Shown: positions 1 to 12,109, counted from the first letter of the whole stretch. The stretch: 61,329 bases of DNA, filler included, from Chiloscyllium plagiosum (GCF_004010195.1; 2 parts of one record of this genome joined end to end with filler, not necessarily neighbours in it), one strand, 5' to 3'. Notes: generated from the letters alone by a model not told the origin. Numbers and translations are program-made.

Positions 1-224
1 GGAGGGCTTGGAGGGCCTGGTCATGGCGGAAGGAGGTGTAAAGGGATTGGATATCCAAGGTGAAGATGAGGCATTGGGGGCCGGGGAAACTGAAGTCTTG
101 GAGGAGGTGGAGGGTGTGGGTGGTGTCTCGAACGTATGTGGGGAGTTCCTGGACTAGGGGGGATAGGACAGTGTCGAGGTAGGTAGAGATGAGTTCAGTG
201 GGGCAGGAGCATGCTGAGACAATG
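1..224 (-). mobile_element. Penelope-like retroelement reverse transcriptase fragment (runs off the window start)
   Basis: Manual minus-strand translation IVSACSCPTELISTYLDTVLSPLVQELPTYVRDTTHTLHLLQDF...LIFTLDIQSLYTS matches PLE RT motifs ((RP)IVS..., D-x-x-SLYT). Missed by the ORF track. Confidence 0.85.
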
Positions 225-1647
225 AATGTATGTTGAATGAGTTCTTTCTTTAAAGCTCGCTGGATTTTCTGTCTTAATTCTTACAGGAAGAGAGAGGGAG
301 AGAAATGTGGTTTGTAGGCTGCAGATGTTTTCACTTTCTGCTGCTTCTGGCAATTATAGCTTTTTTTAACAAAAATATTTTACAGCTTAACAAATCATAA
401 CGGTGTTGCCAAACACAATTTGCTTCACTGGAAAGATATTTTTTGCTAACAAAAAGTAACATTATATTCCACAGCATAACAATATGCAACACTTGATTTT
501 CAAGTAGCAACATTTTCCTGTTTTTCCAATTGCAGCAGCTCAACTTCCACTTCAGTTTGTAATCCAAAAAAGAAAGCATAGTCCCTTACATGCCTCCACC
601 CTTAACAAAAATGAAACACCCTTTTAAGATGTGTTTCATCACCAATTTCACATGACACATACAATACCACACAAATATATAGTTGTTCACTCTCATCCAA
701 TCCTTCTACAGTATTTAAGCAGTTTCTTGTTATTTACCACCCAATTGTTAAACTATTTCAGTGCAAAATTAATTTTAATAACTAGTCAGCTATTACATTA
801 CCTTTTCCAGTAACATGGAAAAATTTTGCATTGAATTATAATTTATTGTGACATGTACTCAAGTACATGGGTACAGATGTGCAGTGAAAAGTGTGAAATG
901 TTGCCATTCCTGGCACCATCTTAATTACAAAGGTACTTGGGTACAAAATCTGAATAGAAAAATAAAGAAATTTAGTTAAAAGTTCAACATTGCAGTCCTT
1001 CTTAAATGCTTAACCATGCTGGGCTCGGTCTCTCACTTGACCCTCTCACTGTCCCTGTGCTGGCTCAATCTCTCCACAGAAGATAAGTAGATTTAAGTCA
1101 GAAAAAAAAAAGCTTTGGTGGAAGAAAAAAAGTAAAGAATAGTTGAATCGATAAGTTCCAGAGAATATCTTACAAATTGAGTCCTGGTTTTGCCGTAAAA
1201 GCCAGCAGATTATGATCAGTATATGTTAGTGTTTCTTGGTAAACATGATGGATATAGACGTCAAACTATTGAAAGCTAATAATAATCCCAAGTTTCCCGT
1301 TCTGTTGCTTCTCTGATTTCTTACGCAAGTTTAATTTCTTAGGAAAGTGACTTCTCTTTTCACGATTCATCACTTTGCAATAAGGCTGTATTTACCAAGT
1401 TATTAGCATTATTTGCAAATGTGAACTCAGGGGTGACCAATACTTATTAGAATTGTCCTCAGCTTCTCAAAAACTGCTTGGAATTTAATTGACCATATCA
1501 CATTTGCCTGTTTTCGTAATAAGGCAGAAGATTTAGATAGCTTTACAGTTCCATTGACAGTGACAGTTCTAATGAACTCAACAGTTCCAATTAGGTTATT
1601 TATCTTTTACCTACAAAAATGTCTACTTTTAACAATACAAGGAGGCC

Positions 1648-1780
1648 CCTTGACCTCTTCCAAATGGCACCTTGCATCTTCCAAAGGGCATCTTGCTGCT
1701 CTCAAAGTGCACCTTGCCTACAAAAGTGTCCCTGGACCACTCCCAAAGAGCATCCTTCCTTTTCTAAAAATATCCCTGTA
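1648..1780. repeat. Degenerate ~21-bp minisatellite, ~6 copies
   Basis: Units such as ccttgacctcttccaaatggca / ccttgcatcttccaaagggca / tcttgctgctctcaaagtgca. Confidence 0.55.
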
Positions 1781-2395
1781 GAATGCCTTGGAATAAATTC
1801 CAAAACTTCTCTTACAGTTTAATAGATAATTGAACCACCTAGTGAAGCATAATTCGTGTAGGCCAGGAGATCTCAGGCTCAATCCTTAGTTTTGTAGTGT
1901 GGGTTCAGCCATAATAATACCTACGGTAGAATGGCCAGCTAATGTCTAGGCTGAACGCCCCTCAATCCCCACCACCCCACCACCATAGTCAATGGACACT
2001 CCATCGAGCTAGCTGGTGACTAGCTAAAGGTTGAGAAGGTGTCCTAAAGCTTTCAGCAGCAGACTCAAGAATATGTCCAGGCTTGGAATAGGGGTGGAGA
2101 GAAAGTGAAAGGGATACATCTTATAGAATGCCTCAGTGGTGACTAGTACTAGATGCACCTCTTATGACAAGAGTACAGGTTGGAGCACGATGAGAAGTTA
2201 AATACTCAACTTTCAGGATTGCTGGGAGATCAGCAAATTGAGTATGCCAACCTCTATCCTGACTCTTCAATTCTCAGTTCAGCTAAGTGAGCTTCCTTGA
2301 TGAAAGTAAACCCTTGCAACATATACCTGCCATCAATAGTCTTTTTTAAATGTAAACATAACACATTTAACTGCAGAGTTCATCTTCTTTTTCAG

Positions 2396-2549
2396 CCCTG
2401 GTGCCGTCTTATCACAACTATCTTCAACTACTTTGTGGTGACTAATTTCTTCTGGATGTTTGTCGAAGGGTGCTATCTCCACACAGCTATAGTGATGACC
2501 TACTCTACAGACAAACTGCGCAAATGGATATTCCTGTTCATTGGATGGT
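2396..2549 (+). CDS. crhr2: CRH receptor 2 internal exon (154 nt; TM3-ICL2-start of TM4)
   Basis: Polypyrimidine tract + ttcag acceptor, gtaagt donor. Encodes [51 protein letters not shown], with CRHR2-type residues ([19 protein letters not shown]). Confidence 0.96.
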
Positions 2550-3474
2550 GTAAGTGAGGAGCTTTTTGTCTTTTTGTTAAAGTAACCATCACTGAAAAAC
2601 AGCTAAGTCACCAACAGCTTTAACACTGTAATAATAGAACTTTGCAGGAACATTACGAAACAAAGCATGCAATCAAGGCAGTATGAAGAGGTTGGGTCAG
2701 ATAATCAAAACCCCTGGTCAAAGAAGTAGTTTCTAAAGATATATCTTAAAGGAGAGAAGTGAAATAGAGAAGTGAAGAGTTTTAAGAAGGGGATTTCATA
2801 GCCAGGAGCCTTGTTAAAGAGCTGGTCACTTCGACTGGTGCAACTTATTTTTTTTTAAATTATTAAAAAGCTCATGGGATGTGGGTATCATTGACTATGC
2901 CAGTGCTTATTGTTCAACTTTCATCACCCAGGGGAATGTGATAGAGAGCAACCTTCTTGAACTGCTGCAGTCCTTGTAATTGGAAAGGCCAGGTTAGAAA
3001 AGCACAAATATTATGGAGGGTTGTGACAGTTACACCGATTTTTGAATGTCTAACATTTCCTGGGAAACTACTAATTTAATGGAAATTGAAGCCTCTGAAT
3101 TCTCTGATATGAGTGGATTATTTCAGAGCATTCTGGACACAGGGCAATTTCCAATCAGAATCTTCAATTTTCCATGGAGTCAGCTGCATCCAGGATTCCA
3201 CAGGATCCTAACAATCAATTCCAGTCTGATCCAACGACTATCTGCCTATCAGAATGTCCAGGACAATGTTACAGAGGTGGAAAATGGTAGTTTTGAAGAA
3301 GGTACCAATACATGGTTGGACGCTGATCACAAGATCGAGTGTTAGACTAATTGCCGAGTTTTCTCAACCTGAGAAGTGGGCAGTTGGTACTGGGGAGACA
3401 TCTGTCCTGGAGCCACGATATGAGAAATGAAGTTCTGGGAAGGAAGGCCATTGGTTGATCTTCCCCACCCGTTG

Positions 3475-3746
3475 GAGAAAGTGAGGTCTGCAGATGCTGG
3501 AGATCAAAGTTGAAACTTTATTGCTGGAACAGCACAGCAGGTCAGGCAGCATCCAGGGAACAGGAGATTCGACGTTTCGGGCACAGGCCCTTCTTCAGGA
3601 ATGAGCAGAGAGTGTTCAGCAGGAACACTCCTGCTGAACACTCTCTGCTCATTCCTGAAGAAGGGCCTGTGCCCGAAACGTCGAATCTCCTGTTCCCTGG
3701 ATGCTGCCTGACCTGCTGTGCGGTTCCAGCAATAAAGTTTCAACTT
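3475..3746 (-). mobile_element. Fold-back (palindromic) truncated PLE insertion with hammerhead cores
   Basis: 118-bp inverted arms 3507-3624 / 3629-3746 with one mismatch and a 4-nt loop. 15-bp direct repeat cttccccacccgttg at 3460-3474 and 3744-3758. Confidence 0.85.
3651..3686 (+). ncRNA. Minimal type I hammerhead ribozyme motif (mirror copy on - strand at 3567-3602)
   Basis: ATTC-CTGAAGA-A-GGGC(CTGT)GCCC-GAAAC-GTC-GAAT: CUGANGA and GAAA core, stem II GGGC/GCCC, stem I ATTC/GAAT, GUC triplet, palindromic ACGT in place of stem III. Confidence 0.75.
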
Positions 3747-3924
3747 CCCCACCCGTTGACCTACTAAGGCCCTTTAGAGGTCAGTGAACAACAACTTAAG
3801 GGCCTCATTCCAAATGGCAGCAATTACTTCAGCTCCAACTGGGACAAGAGAGAGCTGGCTACCCAAATGATACCAGCCCAGTGGCCTGTCAGTTTGCGGG
3901 GAGCAATAAGGGAAGGTGATGACC

Positions 3925-4248
3925 AAATGGTGTTATCTCTAGACTATTCATCCAAGGCCTAAATAATGTCCTGAGAACCTGGGTTTGAATCCTACCATGA
4001 CAGATGGTGGAATTTGATATCAATAACAAGTCTGGACTTAAGAATCTAATGATGAACATCAAATTGTTGATTATTGGAAAAACTCATTTGGTTCACTATG
4101 TTTCACTAATCCTTACCTGGTCTTGCCTACATGTGACTACAAAATCGCAACAATGTGGTTAAATCTCACCAACTCTCTGGGTGATTGGGAATAATTAATA
4201 ATTGTTGGCCCAGTCAGTGATGCCCACATCCTATGAATGACTTAAAAA
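3925..4248 (+). mobile_element. tRNA-derived SINE (family whose 3' end resembles the LINE at 17000-18945)
   Basis: B-box-like gggtttgaatcc and tail ggcccagtcagtgatgcccacatcc. Related copies at 16720-17000(-), 40200-40470, 49250-49570 and 60030-60330(-). Confidence 0.65.
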
Positions 4249-4571
4249 GGGAGAGGTGCAGATCCTCAACCAGTGCTATTTCTCCTCAACCAAGGAGCTC
4301 TACCTTAGGGAGTGGGGTTTCCTGCCCTCACTCCCCAATTCCAAACAACATACATCGTTCTTGCCTCTGATCCACCACCTGTGAATTGGGAGTAGGGTTG
4401 AAGCAATAGTATCCAAGCAGCAATCACAGCCTCCACCATGGTGATGGCAAACTCTGCTGGGTGGAACTTGGTATTGCCTGACTGCCAGAAGATCTGGTGG
4501 GTTTTCTGAAGAAGGTTTCCTTCCACATAACTTGCCCACTTTCCAACTTAGCAACACCAAACTGTCTTGTG

Positions 4572-4845
4572 GTTCTTCCACCAGTATGTTCTGTCCTGTC
4601 AAGGTAGCCTGGATGAATTATATTATAAAAATGCATAATGTTAAGGTATCAAGTGAATATGTGAGTTTTATATTCTCCACTGTACTTGGGACATTCATTA
4701 AGGTGAGAAAGGCATAGAAGAAAGAAAACTCCATAGTTTCGTGGAATACATCCTTGACGTCCAATATCTTGAAATAACAGCTAAATGACTGAAGGAAAGA
4801 GATCAAAAGCACAGTCAAAGAATTAGGTAGCAGAGACAGCAGCAG
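4572..4845 (+). pseudogene. Decayed tandem duplicate of the 61-nt crhr2 exon plus its downstream intron
   Basis: Colinear similarity to 5173-5442: gttcttccac, ctgtcct, gcctgg, aattatattat.aaaatg, gagttttatatt, gtgagaaa.gcat, aagaaagaaa, ctgaaggaaag, caaagaa.tagg.agca. Confidence 0.8.
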
Positions 4846-5184
4846 TCTGTTGCCAGGGAGAGGGAAGAAGTTGGTATCTAGGAAGTACAGTTCGGAGCAG
4901 CTCATCTAGTATTAGTTCACACACACTCACCAACACCACCCACCACCCACCAATACCCCCTCCACCTGACATGAAAATGTTTGTAGTTGAATTCGTACTT
5001 TATGTATTTCTCACACTTAAGCACTGTAACACTTTCATGTCAAGCTTTGTGTAAAGCAGCTTAATTTCTGATTGTCACAGGGCTCTGCATATTATTGACG
5101 TACAGTATCAATCTATAGCCAAGGTCTTTTTTTAAAAATTGTATTCATTGATTAAAACTGACAAAAGTATTTGTTCTTCCACAG

Positions 5185-5245
5185 GTATACCCTGTCCTAT
5201 CATTGTCGCCTGGGCCATAGGCAAATTATATTATGAAAATGAACA
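5185..5245 (+). CDS. crhr2: CRH receptor 2 internal exon (61 nt; TM4-ECL2)
   Basis: ttcttccacag acceptor, gtaagt donor. The phase-1 junction gives [21 protein letters not shown]. Confidence 0.96.
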
Positions 5246-5662
5246 GTAAGTAAAGCATTAAGATGTCATTTGAATTTGCGAGTTTTATATTTTTAGTTTC
5301 TTTTAAAGTGAGAAAAGCATTAAAGAAAGAAACTTCCTTCCTTTCATAAAATGCATGTAATTCATTCAGTGCCTTAAAATGAGTACTCAACGGCTGAAGG
5401 AAAGTGACCATGCAGCCAAAGAAATAGGCAGCAATAGCAACCATAAATCTATTGATATGATTCCTTTAATGTAGAAAAAAATCCAGAAGTAAGAAACAAA
5501 GGGTCAGAAACATTTTGAAATGTTTCTCAAACAGAACGAAGTGAGACAGCGAGGTTTTTTTTTTAATTGCTGCTGCATGTTTTGCTCTGAAGGTAGTGAT
5601 AAGTCTGTGGGGTTAGTGAGGACACAGGTCTTAGATTCCCTTATTGTGGTCAGTATAATACA

Positions 5663-6040
5663 TGTCAGTATTTACACGTCATTCCTTGTTTGAGTGTCAG
5701 TATTTACAGGATATTCCTGACTGAATGGCAGTGTTTATAGGAAGTTACTGAGTGAATGTCAGTATTTACAGGATGTTCCTGACTGAGTGTCAGTAGTTTA
5801 AGGATGTTCCTGAGTAAATGTCCGTGTTTAAAGGGTGGCCCTCAGTGACTGCCAGAATTTTGAAGATCTTCCTGATGGAGTGCCAGAATTTGCAGGACGT
5901 TCCTTGTTAATTGTCAGTCTTTATGGGATGTTCTTGATGTGTGTTCTTAACAACAGGATGTTTCTGAGTGTCAGTATTTAAAGCATATTGATTGGTGAGT
6001 GTTCAGATGTACAAGATGCTTCCCACTGTGTGTAAGTATT
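5663..6040. repeat. Degenerate 31-bp minisatellite, ~12 copies
   Basis: Consensus about tgtcagtatttacaggatgttcctgactgag, repeated head-to-tail. Confidence 0.8.
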
Positions 6041-6944
6041 CTGACCATTAAAATCAATAACGAGGAAATCATTGAGTTGACGCTATCCATTTCCCTGACA
6101 TGAACTCCCACCATATACAAAGAGCACTGAGGTGGAAAATCCCATCTGTTATGTAGAAAGCTTTTCTCTTAGGATGTAATCAAGCTTGCACAGTCTGGTA
6201 CTGGCTGTTCACACTGAAATTATTTAGTCTCATCGCATTCTGAAGACAATGAAGAATGAAAATCTGTGCTGGTGCATAAAATCTTCCTCCCACAAAGAAC
6301 AGCATCATGTTGATCTGGTTGGTGTCTTGAGTGTCATACAGCTGTACACGTTGACTGAGATCATCAAACCTTAAGTTCTTCATGATCTTATAATTTAGTG
6401 CTGCCTCTGCTAACATGGCAGTTGATGTCAGTGTTGTTTGCAAAATGTGCCTTTGTCCTTTTGAAAACAGCTAAACTGTTGAAATTCCAGCTTCACTGCT
6501 ACCCACATATTCTTTCATTTTCTTACTGTTTGCCTTTTAACGAGATGATTTCTCTTTGAACAGGAAACTGACCCGGGGCATACATGGGCACTCATATTTA
6601 CTTACAATAGACAATAGATGCAGGAGTAGACCATTCTGCCCTTCGAGCCTGCACTACATATATAGTTGTACTTAAATTTGCACATATACACCTTCACATT
6701 TCAGAATGGACAAGGTGTTTGATAGGATCTGCCAGTTATTGAACTGTTCCACTTATGTCTTTTCAACAGTTTGTAATAGGAAGAATACTGATGTACAGAA
6801 CTAGCAACGTAATGCCTGATGTCAGAAGTGATTGGCATTGGTCAGTGCTGAGTGTGCTAAGAATTACATGAGGAACCAAATTAAAATGATCTGTTGGGTT
6901 TGCAATTTGGCTCATTTACACTTGCTGAAAGCTGAATATATTCA

Positions 6945-7160
6945 GGCAGAGGGTTAGTTAGCTTAATTGGCTGGACAGTTGGTTTGCAATACAGAGGACA
7001 GTGATACCAAAGGTGTGGGTTCAATTTCCCAACTGATTGAGGTTACCGTGAAGGCTCCTCCTTCTCAAACTTGCCCCTTGCCTGAGGCATGGTGACCCTC
7101 ACATTAAGCCACCATCAGTTATCTCTCTAATGAAAGAGTAGGACTATACTGACTTTGATT
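6945..7160 (+). mobile_element. Short tRNA-derived SINE-like element
   Basis: A-box-like ttagcttaattggc and B-box-like gggttcaatttcc, followed by a ~130-nt body. Confidence 0.45.
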
Positions 7161-7239
7161 TTTATCTTTTATGTATAAGCAGCAGGGACATGTCCTCTGC
7201 AGGAGAAGGAAATAGTTCCAGATGCTATAATTAAACCAA

Positions 7240-7390
7240 TTTGGTTCAGTCATTCCCTAGTTTATTTTCCTTGGCAATGTCTCTGCCAAACAGAGACAAC
7301 TTGTCAACTAATCATCAATGTTTTCTCACACAGTATAAATTATTCCTGCCTTTGAATATTGGCATTTTAATATCTACAAGATAAAACAAC
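7240..7390 (+). mobile_element. Decayed terminal-repeat fragment of a second PLE-like family (same as 48446-48670)
   Basis: Similar to the reverse complement of 48446-48670 (gcaatg.ctc..ccaa.cagag.c...ttgtcaa, tataaat). Confidence 0.45.
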
Positions 7391-7632
7391 TGGCTCATTC
7401 TCTGCAACACAGCCATTTCCTTAAATGCAACTGTTCATTTGCTAACTGTATAATCTTGAAGTAATAGCTTTCCTCTCTCTTTTACAATTTCCTTGCAATT
7501 GGCACCTCTCATTCTAGTGTCACAGCCAATCTCTGAATCTTTGAGTGTGAATCTAGACAATAATCTCGGTTTAAATGACAATGGTATTCATCATTACAAT
7601 TCCTGTTCCTAATCTCTCCCCACTATGCACAC

Positions 7633-8825
7633 ATAGGAACATAGGACTAGAAGTATGCCATTCAGCCCCTCAAGCCTATCCCATCAATTAATATGATTGC
7701 TGATTGCACATAACTGCACTTAAATGCCTATACTCACCCCATCCCTATAACCCTGTACGTCACTAGTATTCAGAAATCTATCTATCTCTGCCTTAAACAT
7801 AATCAAACACTTCTTACATTTTCCACAGCCTTCTGTGGTAGAGAATTCCAAATGTTCATAACCCTCTGAGCAAAAATAAATTCTCCCTATCTTAGACCTA
7901 ATGACGTTCTCCTTATTTTTAAATTGTGTACCACGTAGTTGTAGACTCTCTAACCAGTGGAAATATTTTGCCTGCATCTAGCTTGTCTACCCCTTTAAGT
8001 ATTGTATAAGCTTCGCTGTGATCATCTCTTATTCTTCAAAGCTCTAGAGAACACAGCCTAGTCTGTTCAATTTCTCTTCATAAGAGAGTACTACTATCCC
8101 AGGAACCAGTCTGTGGAACCTGCATTAGATCTCTTCTATACCATTAAAATGTTCCCTGAGTTAAGGAGACCAAAACTGTCCACATTACTCCAGGTGTACT
8201 CTAACCAAGCTCTGGTACAACTGAAGCAAGACTTCACCTTTCCTGTATTCCAATCGTCTTTCAATAAAGGCTAACATTCCATTAGCCTTCTCATGACTTG
8301 CTGCATCTGCATGTTAATCCTCAGTTACTTACAACAAGTTTGCTTTGTAAACCTACACTTTCCAACCTTTTGCCTTTTAAGAAATATTTCACACATCTGT
8401 CCTTCTATCAATGTGAATAATCTCATATTTTTCCACATTATGTGCCAACCACTATGTTCTTGCCTATTCACTAAGACTGTCCAAAACCTCCTGAAGCTGT
8501 GTCACAACTTCTTCACAACACATGTTCTCATTTAACTTGTATCATCTGCAAATTTAAGAACATTCCTTTGGACCCCACCTCCATATCATTGATATCTATT
8601 GTGAACAGCTGGGGCCCAGCCACTTAATCCCTTGCAGGAGCCAACTAGTCACTCTCTGCCAGTGCAAGAATTGTCATTTTATTCTTACTCTCAGTTTTCT
8701 ATCTGTTAGCCAATCATTAAACTATGCCAATATGTTATCTCCCAAACAACACCTTTATTTTTTTTTCTAACCGGCCTCCTGTGGGGGAGTTTTTCAAAAG
8801 CCTTCTGAAAATCACATTGGCTTTC
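7633..8825 (-). mobile_element. CR1 LINE 3' fragment (old, disrupted)
   Basis: Minus-strand tail acataggaacataggactagaagtatgccatt, CR1 C-terminal peptide FKAEIDRFL, RT remnants. Confidence 0.8.
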
Positions 8826-8934
8826 TAACAGGAATTATGAGCAGGATTCCTTGCTGACTTCTACTCGACTCAATCTAAATGCTCTTGAGTCAGCCATTGT
8901 AACCTAACTGCTGTCCTGATTTGCATTATCTAAC

Positions 8935-9064
8935 AGGCAGATGCTGGAGATCAGAGTCTAGATTAGAGTGGTGCTGGAAAAGCACAGCAGGTCAGGCAGC
9001 ATCCTGCTCCTCAGATGCTGCCTGACCTGCTGTGCTTTTCCAGCACCGCTCTAATCTAGACTCT
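8935..9064 (-). mobile_element. Short fold-back PLE insertion (hammerhead part absent)
   Basis: 51-bp arms 8953-9003 / 9014-9064. 14-bp TSD ttgcattatctaac at 8921-8934 and 9064-9077. Confidence 0.8.
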
Positions 9065-9495
9065 TGCATTATCTAACCGCAGAGACTGGGAACCTACTAA
9101 CTCAGCCCTAAAACAGGGAGTGCATTGACCAGTTATGTTACTAGCGAGCTCCGCATATGTTTAGCTGCAATTAAGTCTAAAATCTGCATTTTGTAACCAG
9201 TTATTGTGATTGCAAGACAAAGGGGTTATGTTGGATGTGTTTTCACTGCATTGACAAAGTACTTCCAGAAAGTCCCACTTCTGTAAATTAAAGTACGTGG
9301 GGACATTAAGGTAGTTATATAAGTTATAGTGCAGGAAATGATTAATGCTCCTTATTCTTTGTCATTGTCTGTAGCTTTGTGTCATTTTATTTTAAAATTG
9401 CTACTTGTAAATCATCTGACTAACTCAGACTGCCAATGCAGTGATTATATTGGAACAAAGCCAGTGGCAATTGATATGAATCTTGATGTTTGCAG

Positions 9496-9568
9496 ATGCT
9501 GGTTTGGAAAAGTACCAGGGAAATATATGGACTATGTCTATCAGGGGCCAGTGATACTCGTACTGCTG
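9496..9568 (+). CDS. crhr2: CRH receptor 2 internal exon (73 nt; ECL2-TM5)
   Basis: tttgcag acceptor, gtaagt donor. Encodes [24 protein letters not shown] in frame with the previous exon. Confidence 0.96.
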
Positions 9569-10207
9569 GTAAGTGTGTAAATACATTAGTGCAGATATGC
9601 TGGAATTATGCTACTGTATAGAAGCCTCACTTGATGGACATGGGGGAAATAGTGCCTTTGCTCCACTTACATTTGTGACGCAGTCGGGCTGCAATTTCCT
9701 AAAATTGGCCCTGTGATTACTTGTTCACTACATTTATTATTACCATGTCATAATGCTTTTCTGGATGCAATTCTTTTCTGCAGCTCTGTGCTCACCAAGA
9801 TGAAAAAATTATTGTCGTGAAATAGAGCCCTTTCACTTTTGACACCTGGACCTCATTTTCAATATCAATGCATTACATCGCTCAAAGACTGTGAGCCAGT
9901 GAAAATATAGCCTACTTATGTTCTGTGGTACAGCTTATTGAGATAATTCATAAACAAGTTGCAGACAGGAAACAATTTTAGATGTGATGTGTGGAAAATG
10001 TAGCAAGTTTTAAAGGACCAGTTGACTTTGGATCCATGTTTCCCAATGCTATCCACAGTGGAGTTTTCTTCCTATTGTGTCTGGGTCCGTAAGAGAACTG
10101 ATGGACTGATTACTACAGTCAGTTAAGAAATCCATTATCATTGTATCACACAAAATGATAGAAGGTAAACTTGATGGAATTTGGTAATTACTCATCAAGC
10201 AAATCTA

Positions 10208-11286
10208 TAGCCATTTGGATACAGAACTGGCTCAAAGGTAGAAGGTGGTGGTGGATGGTTGTTTTTCAGACTGGAGGCCTGTGACCAGTGGAGTGCTGGG
10301 TCCTCTACTTTTTGTCATTTATATAAATGATTTGGATGTGAGTATAAGAGGTATAGTTAGTAAGTTTCCTGATGACACCAAAATTGGAGGTGTAGTGGAC
10401 AGCGAAGAAGGTTACCTCAGATTGCAATGGGATCTGGACCAGATGGGCCAATGGGTTGAGAAGTGGCAGATGGAGTTTAATTCAGATAAATGTGAGGTGT
10501 TGTATTTTGGGAAAGCAAATCTTAGCAGAACGTATTGGTCCTAGGGAGTGTTGCTGAACAAAAAAACCTTGGAGTGCAAATTCATAGCTCCTTGAAAGTG
10601 GAGTTGCAGGTAGATAAGATAGTGAAGAAGGCGTTTGGTACGCTTTCCTTTATTGGTCAGAGTATTGAGTACAGGAGGTGGGAGGTCATGTTGCAGCTGT
10701 ACAGGTCATTGGTTAGGCCACTGTTAGAATATTGCATGCAATTCTGGTCTCCTTCCTATCTGAAAGATGTTGTGAAACTTGAAAGGGTTCAGAAAAAATT
10801 TACAAGGATGTTGCCAGGGTTGGTAGATTTGAGCTATAAGGAGAGGCTGAACAAGCTGGGATTCTTTTCCCTGGAGCATTGAAGGCTGAGGGGTAACCTT
10901 ATAGAAGTTTACAAAATTATGAGGGGCATGGATAGGGTAAATAGACAAAGTCTTTTCCCTGGGATCGGGGAGTCCAGAACTAGAGGGCTTAGGTTTAGGG
11001 TAAGAGGGGAAAGATATAAAAGAGACCTAAGGGGCAACTTTTTCACGCAGAGGGTGGTACATGTATGGAATGAGCTGCCAGAGGAAGTGGAGGAGGCTGG
11101 TACAATTGCAACATTTTAGCGGCATTTGGATGGGTATATGAATCGGGAGGGTTTGGAGGGATATGGGCCGGGTGCTGGCAGGTGGGACTAGATTGGGTTG
11201 GGATATCTGATCGACATGGATGAGTTGGACCAAAGGATCTGTTTCCGTGCTGTACATCTGTATGACTCTATGACTCCATGACTCTA
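10208..11286 (+). mobile_element. CR1 (HER1-like) LINE, 5'-truncated, RT C-terminal half
   Basis: GVLGPLLFVIYINDLD, KFPDDTK, LVRPLLEYC, LERVQKKFTRM, RGNFFTQRVV, and an octamer tandem tail (tatgactc)n. Confidence 0.92.
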
Positions 11287-12109
11287 TTCCCGAAGTACAT
11301 TCGTAAAAGGAAAAGACAAATAAGATAAGAAAGTAAATATGAGAAGAAAATTTTGTTGTAAGTGGATACGTTATGGGCAGCAGAGTTTTAGCTGATCTCA
11401 GTTAATAGATGATATGTGTGTGCTCGTATTGTATTTGTCAAGTTAAAGTGACACGGGCATTAAGAAACGATTCAGCAGTCATTGGAGAGGCAGAAATAAG
11501 CAGAACCAGGGAAGAAACCATGGGCCCCAATGTTGCTCCTCTCCCAGGTCCCCTGCCTCCCACTGAACACAACAACCCTGCATTCCGATCTGAACACAGC
11601 AGGAGTCCTAGAATACTGGACACACACATACCTCTGCCATGAACCAGCCTCTGTAAATAGGTGGTGGAACAAAGGTAGAGCCTGCAGTTATTGTCGTGGA
11701 GATAAACCCAGCTCAGGGTCAAATTCAGCACATGATTCAAAGCCTGAGGCAATAGCTAAGCAACTGGCAAATGTTGAAAAGAGTGAAACGATCTTTATTT
11801 CAGTTTCTAGCTAAAATGGCATGCCATAACTTTTCGATCAGATCCATCATTGTCCCCATCACTGTCCAAGCTCAACCAAACTGATCACTATCTCAACATC
11901 CTAACTGATTCACAATTTGGAGATTTCACCTTTTTTCTACATCACAAAGAGTGTGTTCACCCATTTCCCGCCTCTACCCTTGTGTCAAACCATTTGCCGA
12001 GAAAAATGTTATCCATGCCTTTGTCACCTCCAAATTCAACTGTGCACCTTATCAAATGCCCACCCTCTCTGCTCTATGTATCTTAGCTCAAGTAGACATG
12101 TTTGACCCC

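Noticed and set aside
270..330. Acceptor-like ttcttacag as the preceding crhr2 exon
   Set aside because: The downstream sequence does not encode the expected ICL1-TM2 peptide (…RCLRN.IHWNL…).
3504..3767. Near-identical ORFs on both strands
   Set aside because: A by-product of the palindrome, with no protein-family signal.
5663..6040. CRISPR-like periodicity
   Set aside because: Head-to-tail degenerate units without unique spacers, in a vertebrate intron with no cas genes.
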